Source: Nitrospirae bacterium JdFR-85
Lineage (GTDB): Bacteria; Nitrospirota; Thermodesulfovibrionia; Thermodesulfovibrionales; JdFR-85
NCBI GenBank assembly: GCA_002011745.1
Contig: MTOU01000013.1
Coordinates: 192,279-256,278 of the forward strand
Direction: 5' to 3'
DNA: 64,000 nucleotides
Below are positions 26,859-36,364 of the stretch, piece after piece. A program made the position numbers and the translations under genes. Every line of letters starts with the position of its first letter. Within the stretch, counting starts at the first letter, position 1. The notes under the pieces were generated by a model. The model saw only the letters and a program-made list of their open reading frames with translations, was not told the origin of the DNA and searched no databases.

Positions 26859-29800
26859 TTGAAGAGCACACAACACATTACGCCCTCTTCAGTCACAGTG
26901 CTCAAGGCATCTGCCGGTTCGGGCAAGACTTATGCCCTTACCCGCAGGTTCCTCCAACTGCTTCTTTCTCCAGGAGTTAGAAAGAGTGGGCTCAGAAACA
27001 TCATTGCCATCACCTTCTCAAACAATGCAGCCATAGAGATGAAGCAGAGAATCCTTAAGTCCCTTAAAGAAATCGCCCTTGGTATTGACAGCCCCATAGC
27101 AAAGGAACTCCTTCAGGGTATTGATGCTGACAGGGAGTTTATCATCAACAGAGCTAAGGATATGATAGAGGAGATCATTGAGAACTACTCGGACTTTCAA
27201 GTCAAGACCATAGACAGCCTTATGACCTCCCTGTTTAAGGCCACAGCAGTGGACTTCGGTTTTACAGAAGACTTTGAGATAGTAATGGACAATTCAGAGC
27301 TGTTCAGATTCGCCTTTGACAGCATGTTGAGAGAGGTTGTGCCTGGTTCTCCTTTCGCATCCTTGATAGAGGAGATCACTGATAAGATCCTGGAAGGCAG
27401 ACACAGCGGTTCCTCCTATCCCTGGGACCCTTCATCACTGCTGTTGAAAGAGACAAAGGGTATATACAGGAAGGTCACATCCTTAGGAAGAGAACCCAAA
27501 GCAGAGGAACTCAGGGAGCTTGAAGATATAAAGCTGAGTATTAAGAGACTGAAAGATAAGATATCCGAGATTATTAACAGACATGGACTTGCATTGAGAA
27601 AGACATCCTCTGGGATGCCCACATGGGAGAGGTTCGTTCAGACAGTAGAGAAAGGCTCTTTCACAGACCTTTGGAACATCGGCCTCACTCAACCTCCAGT
27701 AAAAAAAGACAGAAAGGCAATTGAGGCATACAATAGAGTCTCTGCCCTCTGGGCAGAGGTGAGAGAGCTTGTGAAAGACTACACCCTTGCATATAGCCTC
27801 ATTTATTATAATCCCTACATCCAGATGTTTCAGCACCTGAGAGAGACTCTGGAGAGGACAAAGAGACACCAGGGCAAGGTCTTTATTGAAGATATAAACT
27901 ACTATCTATCAGAATACCTCACAGAGGATATTGTGCCTGATGTATACTTCTGCATAGGAGAGAAAATCTATCACTGGCTTATAGATGAGTTTCAGGATAC
28001 CTCCCCAATCCAGTGGCACAACCTCACTCCCCTGATAGAGAACTCCATCTCCGAAGGAGGCACCCTCTTTGTTGTGGGTGACACAAAACAGTCCATATAC
28101 GGATTCAGGGATGCAGATTACAGAATAATGAAGTCATTAGAGAAAGAACCTCCCTTTGCTGCCTCCTCTCATACAGTAGAGGAACTCCCCTATAACTACA
28201 GGTCAAAGCACGAGATAATCCGTTTCTCTGAAAGGATATTTAAAGAGAATGTGAAGAACAGCGGTTATGCCCCTGCTGCAGAGGCCTCAGGGCTTGGTGA
28301 TTACATCCAGTCTCCCATACCTCAAAAGTCAAAGGGAGGTTATGTGGAGGTCATTACCCTACCAAAGGATGATGAAGAAAAGACAAAGAGGTGCATAATC
28401 GGGGTGATCATGGATCTCTGCAGAAGGGGTTATAACTACAGTGACATCGCTGTACTGACCTACAGAAACCACGATGTACTACAGATATCCACATGGCTGA
28501 ATGACGGGGATATACCTTTTGTATCCTACAGCAGCCTTGATATAAGAAGGAGAAAGATAACGAGTGAGATAGCCTCACTTTTGAGGTTTCTTGACTCCCC
28601 TATAAATGATCTTGCTTTCAGCACCTTTTTACTAAGTGAACTCTTTCTCAGAAACACCTCAGAGGAGGGCTTTTCAAAACATAAGGCTATGGAGTTTCTA
28701 TTCCAACACAGAGAGAACAGACCACTGTACAAGGCTTTCAGGCAAGAATATCACCTCCTATGGGAAAAGTACTTAGATAGCCTGTTCAGGATGTCAGGGT
28801 ATCTTCCCATCTACGATATGCTCGTGAGTATCTATCATCAATACAGGGTTTTTGAATTGTTTCCTGATGAAGAGGCTACCCTGGTCAGACTGCTCGAGGC
28901 AGTTAAGGAAACAGAAGGAAGAGCCATCCTTAATCTGAAGGACTTTCTCAGGTGCCTTGAGGAAGACTCTGATGAATCAATATGGACGATCAGTGTCCCC
29001 AGAGAAGCAGAAGCGGTAAGGGTGATGACAATACATAAATCAAAAGGGCTCGGCTTCCCTGTGGTCATCCTCTTCCTCTATGAAAACCGTATCAACAGAG
29101 GATTCCCTTACATATGGACAGAACAGGATGGACATCTAAGACTGCTGAAGATCAATGAAAAGATGACCAGATTCAACGAGACCCTTGCAGAAAGATATGA
29201 TGAAGAGGTGAAGGCTAATGAGACAAATGCATTGAACACCCTCTATGTAGGTCTCACAAGGGCTGAAGAAGAGATGTATCTGCTTCTGGTAAACAGAGAC
29301 GAAGAAAAGAGGGGGTTCCCTCTTGACATACTGCCTGAGAGATTTGTCTCCAAAGAGGAGAAACCAGAAGCAGAGGCACAAAGAGGTTCCAAGGTTCATG
29401 AAGGCTTTCCTGTGCTGTTTCAAGGACATCCCTACGTGTATGAGACAGAAGACACCACACTCAGATACTACGAAAAGAGAAGGGGAGAGGCATTCCATAG
29501 ATTGTTGGAGAGGATAAAATACATAGACAGGAATCTTGAGGAATATATACAGAAGCTCTCCAGAGACAGAGAATTCAATTCCTTAACATCCAAAGATATA
29601 GATATCCTTGTAAGAATGCTTCAGACTCCCCAGCTTAGAGAGTACTTCCAGAGAAAAACTGGCAGAGAGGTCTTGGTAGAGAAAGAGTTCTCAGACCGTT
29701 GGGGAGCACTTTACAGGATGGACAGGGTGATTATTGATCCTGAGAGGGTTACTGTGATTGACTTCAAGACAGGCACCCCAACAGAAGAGGATTTAGAAAA

Positions 29801-29912
29801 ATATAGAACCCAGATAATGGTGTATATGGATATACTAAGAGGCATCTATACCCAAAAAGAAGTGAAAGGAATTCTGGTATTTCTGGATCTATGTAGAATA
29901 TATGAAGTATAG
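26859..29912 (+). CDS. UvrD/AddA/RecB-type superfamily-1 helicase with a C-terminal PD-(D/E)XK (RecB-type) nuclease domain
   Basis: 1017 aa. Helicase motifs ASAGSGKTYAL (I), TFSNNAAIEM (Ia), IDEFQDTSP (II), VGDTKQSIYGFRDAD (III), YNYRS (IV), TIHKSKGLGFPVV (V) and YVGLTRAEE (VI). Nuclease motif RMDRVIIDPERVTVIDFKTG...YRTQIMVY. The start is uncertain: TTG 26859 or in-frame GTG 26898. Confidence 0.85.
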   Translation: MKSTQHITPSSVTVLKASAGSGKTYALTRRFLQLLLSPGVRKSGLRNIIAITFSNNAAIEMKQRILKSLKEIALGIDSPIAKELLQGIDADREFIINRAKDMIEEIIENYSDFQVKTIDSLMTSLFKATAVDFGFTEDFEIVMDNSELFRFAFDSMLREVVPGSPFASLIEEITDKILEGRHSGSSYPWDPSSLLLKETKGIYRKVTSLGREPKAEELRELEDIKLSIKRLKDKISEIINRHGLALRKTSSGMPTWERFVQTVEKGSFTDLWNIGLTQPPVKKDRKAIEAYNRVSALWAEVRELVKDYTLAYSLIYYNPYIQMFQHLRETLERTKRHQGKVFIEDINYYLSEYLTEDIVPDVYFCIGEKIYHWLIDEFQDTSPIQWHNLTPLIENSISEGGTLFVVGDTKQSIYGFRDADYRIMKSLEKEPPFAASSHTVEELPYNYRSKHEIIRFSERIFKENVKNSGYAPAAEASGLGDYIQSPIPQKSKGGYVEVITLPKDDEEKTKRCIIGVIMDLCRRGYNYSDIAVLTYRNHDVLQISTWLNDGDIPFVSYSSLDIRRRKITSEIASLLRFLDSPINDLAFSTFLLSELFLRNTSEEGFSKHKAMEFLFQHRENRPLYKAFRQEYHLLWEKYLDSLFRMSGYLPIYDMLVSIYHQYRVFELFPDEEATLVRLLEAVKETEGRAILNLKDFLRCLEEDSDESIWTISVPREAEAVRVMTIHKSKGLGFPVVILFLYENRINRGFPYIWTEQDGHLRLLKINEKMTRFNETLAERYDEEVKANETNALNTLYVGLTRAEEEMYLLLVNRDEEKRGFPLDILPERFVSKEEKPEAEAQRGSKVHEGFPVLFQGHPYVYETEDTTLRYYEKRRGEAFHRLLERIKYIDRNLEEYIQKLSRDREFNSLTSKDIDILVRMLQTPQLREYFQRKTGREVLVEKEFSDRWGALYRMDRVIIDPERVTVIDFKTGTPTEEDLEKYRTQIMVYMDILRGIYTQKEVKGILVFLDLCRIYEV

Positions 29913-29918
29913 GATTTA

Positions 29919-30815
29919 ATGAACATCCTTTCTGTCAGCAGAAGAACAGATATTCCTGCATTCTACTCTGAATGGTTCACCCAGAGGCTGAGAAAGGGAT
30001 ATGTTTATGTATGGCATCCCTTTTCAAAGAGATGGCTCTATGTATCCTTAAGACCAGAAAGCATAGGAGCCATCGTCTTCTGGTCAAAGAACTTTTCACC
30101 ACTTCTGAGCAGGATAGAACTTGTTGAAAGACTCACCCGTAACCTTTTCTTCCACTTCACTATAACTGGCAACAGGGCATTAGAACCCCATACACCTGAC
30201 TGGACTGACTCCATAAAAGATTTTATCTACATATCAGAAAGATACTCTCCTGAACATATAATCTGGAGATTTGATCCCATATGTATAACAGACAAAATCG
30301 GCTTTGAGATGTATGAAGAGTGGTTTAGACGATGCGTAGAGAGACTGAGAGGTTTCACAAAAAGGTGTTACATAAGCTTTGTCAATCCCTACAGAAAGGT
30401 GTTGAGAAATTTTAAAATACACAGTGATCATACCCTTCTAGAGGTGTCAGAAACAGAAAAAAAGAAGTATGCGATCAGGCTGGCCCGTATTGGGGAAAGA
30501 TATGGAATAGAAATCTTCTCCTGCTGTAACGATTATCTACTGTCTGAGAAGATAAAAAAGGGGAGTTGTATTAATGGCAGATATCTGTCTCGGATTTTTG
30601 ATACTCCTCTCATAGACAAGCCCTCTCCCACAAGAAGACACTGTGCTTGCACATACAGTATAGACATAGGAGCTTATAATACCTGTCTTCATGGATGTGT
30701 ATACTGCTATGCAAATACTAATATAGACAGGGCTAAGGAGTTTTACAGACTCTTTGACATGAACTCAGACTCGTTGTCTATTAGAAGTTGTTTTGACTAT
30801 ATTTTAAACCAATAG
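29919..30815 (+). CDS. DUF1848 domain-containing protein (C-terminal radical-SAM-like CX3CX2C cluster)
   Basis: 298 aa. N-terminal ILSVSRRTDIPAFYSEWF matches my memory of the DUF1848 N-terminus. C-terminal CACTYSIDIGAYNTCLHGCVYCYA. Confidence 0.7.
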   Translation: MNILSVSRRTDIPAFYSEWFTQRLRKGYVYVWHPFSKRWLYVSLRPESIGAIVFWSKNFSPLLSRIELVERLTRNLFFHFTITGNRALEPHTPDWTDSIKDFIYISERYSPEHIIWRFDPICITDKIGFEMYEEWFRRCVERLRGFTKRCYISFVNPYRKVLRNFKIHSDHTLLEVSETEKKKYAIRLARIGERYGIEIFSCCNDYLLSEKIKKGSCINGRYLSRIFDTPLIDKPSPTRRHCACTYSIDIGAYNTCLHGCVYCYANTNIDRAKEFYRLFDMNSDSLSIRSCFDYILNQ

Positions 30816-30889
30816 CCCCTATCCTAAACTTGGTCAAGAAAAAATTGATTCGTGTAAAATATTAGCAAAACTCGGAAAGGAGGAGCTTG

Positions 30890-32188
30890 ATGATTCAGAG
30901 ATACACAAGGCCTGAGATGGCAGAACTCTGGAGTATTGAAAACAAGTATCGTAAATGGCTTGAGGTGGAGATTGCTGTATGTGAGGCATGGGCTGAGCTC
31001 GGGGAGATACCCGAGGAGGCCCTAAGAGAGATAAAACAGAAGGCAGGTTATGATGTCAAAAGGATAGATGAGATTGAGGCAACCGTCAAACATGATGTAA
31101 TAGCCTTTCTAACCTCTGTATCAGAACATGTAGGAAAGGCATCCAGATATATCCATAAGGGCCTTACATCCTCTGATATACTGGACACCTCTTTAGCCCT
31201 TCTGATGAGGGATGCTGCAGAGATAATTCTGAGAGATATAGACTCAGTACTTAAGGTTCTCAAAGACAAGGCCCTTCAGTACAGAGATACCCCCTGTATG
31301 GGACGTAGCCACGGGGTCCATGCAGAGCCAATGGTATTTGGACTTAAGTTCGCCCTCTGGTACGAGGAGATGAAGAGGAATGTACAGAGGATGCAGAGGG
31401 CAAAGGAGGTAATCTCCTATGGAAAACTATCAGGAGCAGTAGGAACATTCTCCAATATACCTCCAGAGGTAGAGGAGAAGGTTCTCAATAAGCTGGGCCT
31501 AAAGGCAGAACCAGTGGCAACACAGGTTGTCCAGAGAGACCGTCATGCTGAGTATCTCCAGGCCCTTTCCCTTGTGGCAGCCACTGTGGAGAAGATAGCA
31601 GTCGAGATAAGACACCTACAGAGAACAGAGGTGCTTGAGGCTGAGGAACCCTTCACACATGGCCAGAAAGGCTCTTCAGCAATGCCACACAAAAGAAACC
31701 CTGTAGGGTCTGAAAATCTGTCAGGGCTTGCAAGGGTTGTAAGGGCAAATACCATAGCTGCCCTTGAAAATATTGCCCTCTGGCATGAAAGAGACATCTC
31801 CCACTCCTCTGTGGAGAGAATCATAATTCCTGACAGCACCACCCTTGTAAATTACATGCTGAACCGACTTAAAGGGATTATTGAAGGACTACATGTGTAC
31901 CCTGAAAGGATGAAGGAGAATATTCAGCGGAGCTATAATCTCTTCTTCTCACAAAGGGTCCTCCTTGCCCTGACTGAAAAGGGACTCAGCCGCGAGAAGG
32001 CATATGAACTGGTGCAGCGCAATGCAATGAAGAGCTGGCATGAGAGAAAAGATTTCAGGGCAATGCTCCTTCAGGACCCAGAGATTAAAAAATATCTTAC
32101 TAAAAAAGAGATTGACAGTATATTTGACCTCTCCTATTATTTGCGAAATATAGATTACATTTACAAAAGGGTCTTTCAGGACTCCTAA
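30890..32188 (+). CDS. purB: Adenylosuccinate lyase
   Basis: [11 protein letters not shown]-terminus and [10 protein letters not shown] signature. ATG 30890 follows AGGAGG; the track start 30887 is a TTG. Confidence 0.95.
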   Translation: MIQRYTRPEMAELWSIENKYRKWLEVEIAVCEAWAELGEIPEEALREIKQKAGYDVKRIDEIEATVKHDVIAFLTSVSEHVGKASRYIHKGLTSSDILDTSLALLMRDAAEIILRDIDSVLKVLKDKALQYRDTPCMGRSHGVHAEPMVFGLKFALWYEEMKRNVQRMQRAKEVISYGKLSGAVGTFSNIPPEVEEKVLNKLGLKAEPVATQVVQRDRHAEYLQALSLVAATVEKIAVEIRHLQRTEVLEAEEPFTHGQKGSSAMPHKRNPVGSENLSGLARVVRANTIAALENIALWHERDISHSSVERIIIPDSTTLVNYMLNRLKGIIEGLHVYPERMKENIQRSYNLFFSQRVLLALTEKGLSREKAYELVQRNAMKSWHERKDFRAMLLQDPEIKKYLTKKEIDSIFDLSYYLRNIDYIYKRVFQDS

Positions 32189-32523
32189 CAGGTCAGATGC
32201 AGGGCTGCCACCTTCTTGGCAGCAGATGTCCTGTTAAAGAGTTCCACCATCTCTGTGGTTCTGCCTTTGTAGACCTTTATACCCATCGCCTCAAGTCTCT
32301 TCACAAGCCCTTCAGGCACCTGCATCACCCCAGAGTATCCCTGCCCAATAATAAGCACCTCTGGAGGGTCTTTTACCACTTCCTCCAGGTCTTCCCACTG
32401 AAGGAGATGCCCCTCCTTCCGCCACCAAGGACTAAACACTCTGTCAGGAAGGATGATCACATCCTTCGTGTAGCTCTCTCCATTAATAACGATCCTTCCA
32501 AAGCTATAGGATTCAATCCTCAT
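32185..32523 (-). CDS. Mth938-like (DUF498/NDUFAF3-like) domain protein
   Basis: 112 aa. Matches my memory of the Mth938-like domain pattern: G.IVING..Y..DVII.P, EVLIIGQG, and an AALHLTC end. Confidence 0.6.
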   Translation of the reverse strand: MRIESYSFGRIVINGESYTKDVIILPDRVFSPWWRKEGHLLQWEDLEEVVKDPPEVLIIGQGYSGVMQVPEGLVKRLEAMGIKVYKGRTTEMVELFNRTSAAKKVAALHLTC

Positions 32524-34544
32524 GCCTCACCCACCATTTTTAAGAATTCATCGTAGGTTATCGTCTTCACCCCCAATGCCTCTGCCTTGCGGAGCTTTGA
32601 TCCTGGTGAGTCTCCCACAATAAGATAGTCTGTCTTGCTGGAGACAGAAGATGCTGCATGTCCGCCCAGTGCCTCAATCATCTCCTCCACCTCCTTTCGG
32701 GGTTTCGGAAGGGTACCCGTTATCACAAAGGTTAATCCTTTAAGGGGCTGCTCAGCTTTCTCCTCTCTGTAGTCAGGATTGCTTATTTTGAGCCCCATCC
32801 TCTTTAGTTCCTCAAGGGTCTCTAAGTTCTTTTTATCATTGAAGAATATGGCCACAGAACGGGCGATCTTCTCACCTATCTGTGGAATATCCAATAATCT
32901 GTCCTCACTTACATGATATAGGTCTTCAATGCTTCTGAAGTGTCTTGCCAGAAGTTTTGCAGTATACTCGCCCACAAAGAGTATACCAAGGGCAAAGAGG
33001 AATCTGGAGAGTGTGGTATTTTTACTCCTCTGTATGGCATCAATAAGGTTTTGTGCGGACTTCTCGGCGAATCTTGGAAGCCTGAGAAGATCTTCCTTTT
33101 TTAGTCTATAGATATCCACAAAACTCTTGATAAGCCCCTCCTTATAAAGGAGTTCAATATTCTTATCACCCAGCCCCTCTATATCCATGGCATTACGGGA
33201 TGCAAAATGTTTCAGTCTCTCCTTTACCTGAGCCGGACAATCAAGCCCGATACACCGTACTGCAACCTCACCCTCCGGCCTAACCACCTTGGAACCGCAG
33301 ACAGGACACCTCTCTGGTATCTCAGGTATCTTCTCTTTTCCTGTTCTCTTATCCTTTACCACCATCACCACATGGGGTATAACCTCACCTGCTCTCTCAA
33401 CCACCACCGTATCCCCAATCCTTATGTCCTTTCTCTTTATCTCGTCCCAGTTATGGAGAGTTGACCTTGAGACGATGACCCCCCCTATCCTTACAGGCTC
33501 AAATATGGCAACAGGAGTAATTATTCCGGTTCTACCAACACTCGGAATCACCTCTTTTATCACAGTTGTACCCTGATGGGCAGGAAACTTGTATGCTATG
33601 GCCCATCTTGGTTCACGCGTTTTGACGCCGAGACGACTCTGTAATTCAAAACTGTTCACCTTTATAACTACGCCGTCAGTCTCAAAGGGAAATTCTGACT
33701 TCTTCTCAGATATCTCCTCTATAGCCTCGAGTACTTCGTTGATTCCTTTACATAGTTTAAGATATGCAGGCACAGGAAACCTCGCCTTCTTGAGCCACTG
33801 GATAAATTCCCATTGTGATGAGAACTCGATTCCCCTGTATGCCCCAACTCCATAACATGCCAGATGGAGCTTCCTTGAGGCTGTTACAGATGGGTCAAGC
33901 TGTCTAACAGAGCCTGCTGCTGCATTCCGAGGATTTGCAAAAAGAGACTCTCCAGCCGCCTCTCTACTCTTATTTAATTCTTCAAAGTCCTCTACATTCA
34001 TGTAGACCTCTCCACGGATATCTATCTCTTCAGGTACTGCTACATCGGCAGCTATTTTGAGAGGCACGGACTTTATAGTCTTTATATTCTGTGTCACATC
34101 CTCACCCTCATAACCGTCTCCTCTGGTGGAGGCCTTATAAAGCATACCATTACGATAGGTAAGTTCGATGGCAAGCCCATCATACTTTGGCTCCACAGTA
34201 TACTCTATTTCAGCATCCGTGCCGAGAAACCTCTTTGTCCTTTCATCAAACTCCCTCACCTCTTCGTAATTGAAGGCATTGTCCAGTGAGAGCATGGGAA
34301 TTTTGTGTCTTACTTTCTCAAACTTGTCAAGAGGTGGCGCCCCTACTCTCTGGGTAGGAGAATGTGGAAGGACATAGTTATACTTCTCTTCCAGCTCTTT
34401 GAGTCTTCTGTAGAGACGATCATACTCCTCATCAGATATCACAGGAGAGTCAAGTACATAGTAACGGTAGCAGTGATAATTCAACTCTTCAACCAGTCTC
34501 TCTATCTCTCTCTTTATCTCTTCTGGGAGTGTCTCTACCTTCAT
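32520..34544 (-). CDS. ligA: NAD-dependent DNA ligase
   Basis: Adenylation motif EPKYDGLA, Zn finger CPVCGSKVVRPEGEVAVRCIGLDCPAQ, and a C-terminal BRCT (TFVITGTL). I prefer the ATG at 34544 (MKVETLPEE...); the 32-codon upstream extension in the track ORF is implausible. Confidence 0.97.
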   Translation of the reverse strand: MKVETLPEEIKREIERLVEELNYHCYRYYVLDSPVISDEEYDRLYRRLKELEEKYNYVLPHSPTQRVGAPPLDKFEKVRHKIPMLSLDNAFNYEEVREFDERTKRFLGTDAEIEYTVEPKYDGLAIELTYRNGMLYKASTRGDGYEGEDVTQNIKTIKSVPLKIAADVAVPEEIDIRGEVYMNVEDFEELNKSREAAGESLFANPRNAAAGSVRQLDPSVTASRKLHLACYGVGAYRGIEFSSQWEFIQWLKKARFPVPAYLKLCKGINEVLEAIEEISEKKSEFPFETDGVVIKVNSFELQSRLGVKTREPRWAIAYKFPAHQGTTVIKEVIPSVGRTGIITPVAIFEPVRIGGVIVSRSTLHNWDEIKRKDIRIGDTVVVERAGEVIPHVVMVVKDKRTGKEKIPEIPERCPVCGSKVVRPEGEVAVRCIGLDCPAQVKERLKHFASRNAMDIEGLGDKNIELLYKEGLIKSFVDIYRLKKEDLLRLPRFAEKSAQNLIDAIQRSKNTTLSRFLFALGILFVGEYTAKLLARHFRSIEDLYHVSEDRLLDIPQIGEKIARSVAIFFNDKKNLETLEELKRMGLKISNPDYREEKAEQPLKGLTFVITGTLPKPRKEVEEMIEALGGHAASSVSSKTDYLIVGDSPGSKLRKAEALGVKTITYDEFLKMVGEA

Positions 34545-34741
34545 AATTAATATTATAAATTGAAATTCTGTTGATTTCAAACTGAATTTGTATTCAGAGA
34601 GCAAAAAAATATAGCAATAAACACCTCTATTATTGTACAATAGACCTGCCTTTTCTCTGGATTAAATTAAATATTTTTATAAAGGGGACAGGATTGAGGT
34701 CCTTTTGAAAACTCAACATTGTCTAAAGGGGGTAAGAAGTT

Positions 34742-34948
34742 ATGATGAATTGTTGGGAGTTTAAAAAGTGTGGAAGGGACAAAACAGGAGACTGTCCCGC
34801 TTATATTAAAAAAGCTGGAAAGATATGCTGGGTTGTAGCAGGCACAATGTGTGGAGGAAAACCCCAGGGCACCTTTACCCAGAAGCTATCCTCATGTACT
34901 GAATGCGATTTTTATCAATATATACAAAGCATAACTAAAAAAATCTGA
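34742..34948 (+). CDS. Stand-alone two-CW-type cysteine-rich mini-protein
   Basis: 68 aa with 7 Cys. NCWEFKKCGR...CPAY...ICWVVAGTMCGG...CTECDFY has two CW dipeptides, matching my memory of the two-CW domain. GGGGG ribosome-binding site upstream. Confidence 0.6.
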   Translation: MMNCWEFKKCGRDKTGDCPAYIKKAGKICWVVAGTMCGGKPQGTFTQKLSSCTECDFYQYIQSITKKI

Positions 34949-35019
34949 ATCTGGTTTTATCTTGACTATTTCGGAACTTTTTAATTAAAATTAAAAATTC
35001 TATAAAATTTTACTCCTTG

Positions 35020-35036
35020 CTCTCTCCTAGAGAGAG
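35020..35036 (+). promoter_or_regulatory. 5'-UTR hairpin upstream of rpsF (candidate S6:S18 autoregulatory leader element)
   Basis: CTCTCTC-cta-GAGAGAG stem-loop, 32 nt upstream of ATG 35068 and just before the GAGGAGG ribosome-binding site. Confidence 0.25.
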
Positions 35037-35067
35037 GGCTAAATATCCATGAGGAGGTATAGGTAGA

Positions 35068-35463
35068 ATGAACTATAACTACTATGAGAGTGTAGTTATT
35101 ATTGAACCCACCCTGAGTGAAGAGAAGCTGCAGGAGGCCCTGGAGAGAATAAGAGAAAAGATACAGAAAGAAGGTGGTGAAATAGTTAAGGAAGATTTCT
35201 GGGGACTGAAAAAACTCGCCTACGAATTAAACAAGAGAACAGAAGGCTACTATATGTTCTTCACTATAAAGGCACCACCTGATCTGATAAAAAAATTAGA
35301 GGATTTTTACAGGGTTTTTGAGCCAGTATTTAAATTTATGACAGTAAAGTTAAAGAAAAAACCACAGATCGAGGCATTAATGGAAGAGCTACAATCATCA
35401 AGCTCTTCTGAAAGTGAGACAACTTCTCAGACAACAGAAACCATAGGAGCACCAGATGTTTAA
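35068..35463 (+). CDS. rpsF: 30S ribosomal protein S6
   Basis: YESVVIIEPTLSEE and WGLKKLAYE motifs, with an acidic/Ser-rich tail. Confidence 0.9.
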   Translation: MNYNYYESVVIIEPTLSEEKLQEALERIREKIQKEGGEIVKEDFWGLKKLAYELNKRTEGYYMFFTIKAPPDLIKKLEDFYRVFEPVFKFMTVKLKKKPQIEALMEELQSSSSSESETTSQTTETIGAPDV

Positions 35464-35845
35464 TAGGGTAATTCTTGTAGGTAATCTTACAAAAGACCCT
35501 GAACTGAGATATTCACCTCAAGGCACTCCTGTTGCTACAATGAGGATAGCAGTCAATTCAAGGGTTAAACAGGGTGAGGAATTCAAAGATGAGACACTTT
35601 TTATAGACACCATTGTATTTGGTAAACAGGCAGAGAGTGTAACCCAGTATCTATCAAAGGGACGTGGCGTCCTTGTAGAAGGGAGACTGAGAGAAAGACG
35701 TTGGGAATACGAAGGACAGCAAAGGAGCAAATTTGAGGTTATAGCTAATACAGTCAGATTTCTCCCAAGAAGAGAATCAACACCAGATGAATCAGTAGAG
35801 GATATAGAGCCTCCTGAAGAAATAACAGATCTTGAACCATTTTGA
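35456..35845 (+). CDS. ssb: Single-stranded DNA-binding protein
   Basis: [21 protein letters not shown]-fold N-terminus and an acidic tip ending DLEPF. Confidence 0.92.
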   Translation: MFNRVILVGNLTKDPELRYSPQGTPVATMRIAVNSRVKQGEEFKDETLFIDTIVFGKQAESVTQYLSKGRGVLVEGRLRERRWEYEGQQRSKFEVIANTVRFLPRRESTPDESVEDIEPPEEITDLEPF

Positions 35846-35859
35846 TAGAAAGGAGAGGA

Positions 35860-36081
35860 ATGATGATAAGAAGGTTCCAGAGAAAATACTGTAAGTTCTG
35901 TGCTGATAAAGTGAAATATATTGACTACAAGGATTACAAATTGCTCCGGACCTATATGACCGAGAGAGGCAAAATTCTCCCAAGAAGAATAACAGGCACA
36001 TGTGCCAAACATCAGCATCAACTAACAACAGCAATTAAAAGGGCGAGGAATATAGCACTCTTACCATTTATGGAGAAGTAA
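35860..36081 (+). CDS. rpsR: 30S ribosomal protein S18
   Basis: [43 protein letters not shown] prefer the ATG at 35860 after AGGAGAGG; the track start 35842 is a TTG. Confidence 0.9.
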   Translation: MMIRRFQRKYCKFCADKVKYIDYKDYKLLRTYMTERGKILPRRITGTCAKHQHQLTTAIKRARNIALLPFMEK

Positions 36082-36082
36082 T

Positions 36083-36364
36083 ATGAGGATACCCAGGTCA
36101 TGGGTCCTACCAATGGCAAGAAGGATAGTAAATGATCTATTAGAAAAGCAGTATATTAAGAGCAAAATTGACAAAGAGGAACTAATAGAGATAACCAGAG
36201 AAATACTCCTTGATGAGTTGATGGTAGAAGATAGACTGAATGAAGAGGTAAGACAGATACTGAGCCAATATGAAAAAGAGATAGAAGCGAAGAGACTGGA
36301 TTACAAAAAACTCTTTGACATGACAAAACAGAAACTCATAAGGGAGAGAAATCTCATCTTATGA
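36083..36364 (+). CDS. DUF507-family protein (paralog 1)
   Basis: 93 aa, helical and charged. The family assignment is from memory. It starts 1 nt after the rpsR stop. Confidence 0.5.
   Translation: MRIPRSWVLPMARRIVNDLLEKQYIKSKIDKEELIEITREILLDELMVEDRLNEEVRQILSQYEKEIEAKRLDYKKLFDMTKQKLIRERNLIL

Noticed and set aside
34545-34640. N-terminal extensions in the track ORFs of ligA (34640), glyQS (57756), gcvH (54686), pcm (20517) and the NuoE-like gene (4410).
   Set aside because: In each case an internal ATG preceded by a good Shine-Dalgarno sequence gives the conserved family N-terminus. The extensions are non-conserved-looking and overlap promoters or neighbouring genes.
35518-36034. Minus-strand ORFs of 167 and 80 aa across ssb and rpsR.
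   Set aside because: They are antisense to universally conserved genes and so are shadow ORFs.
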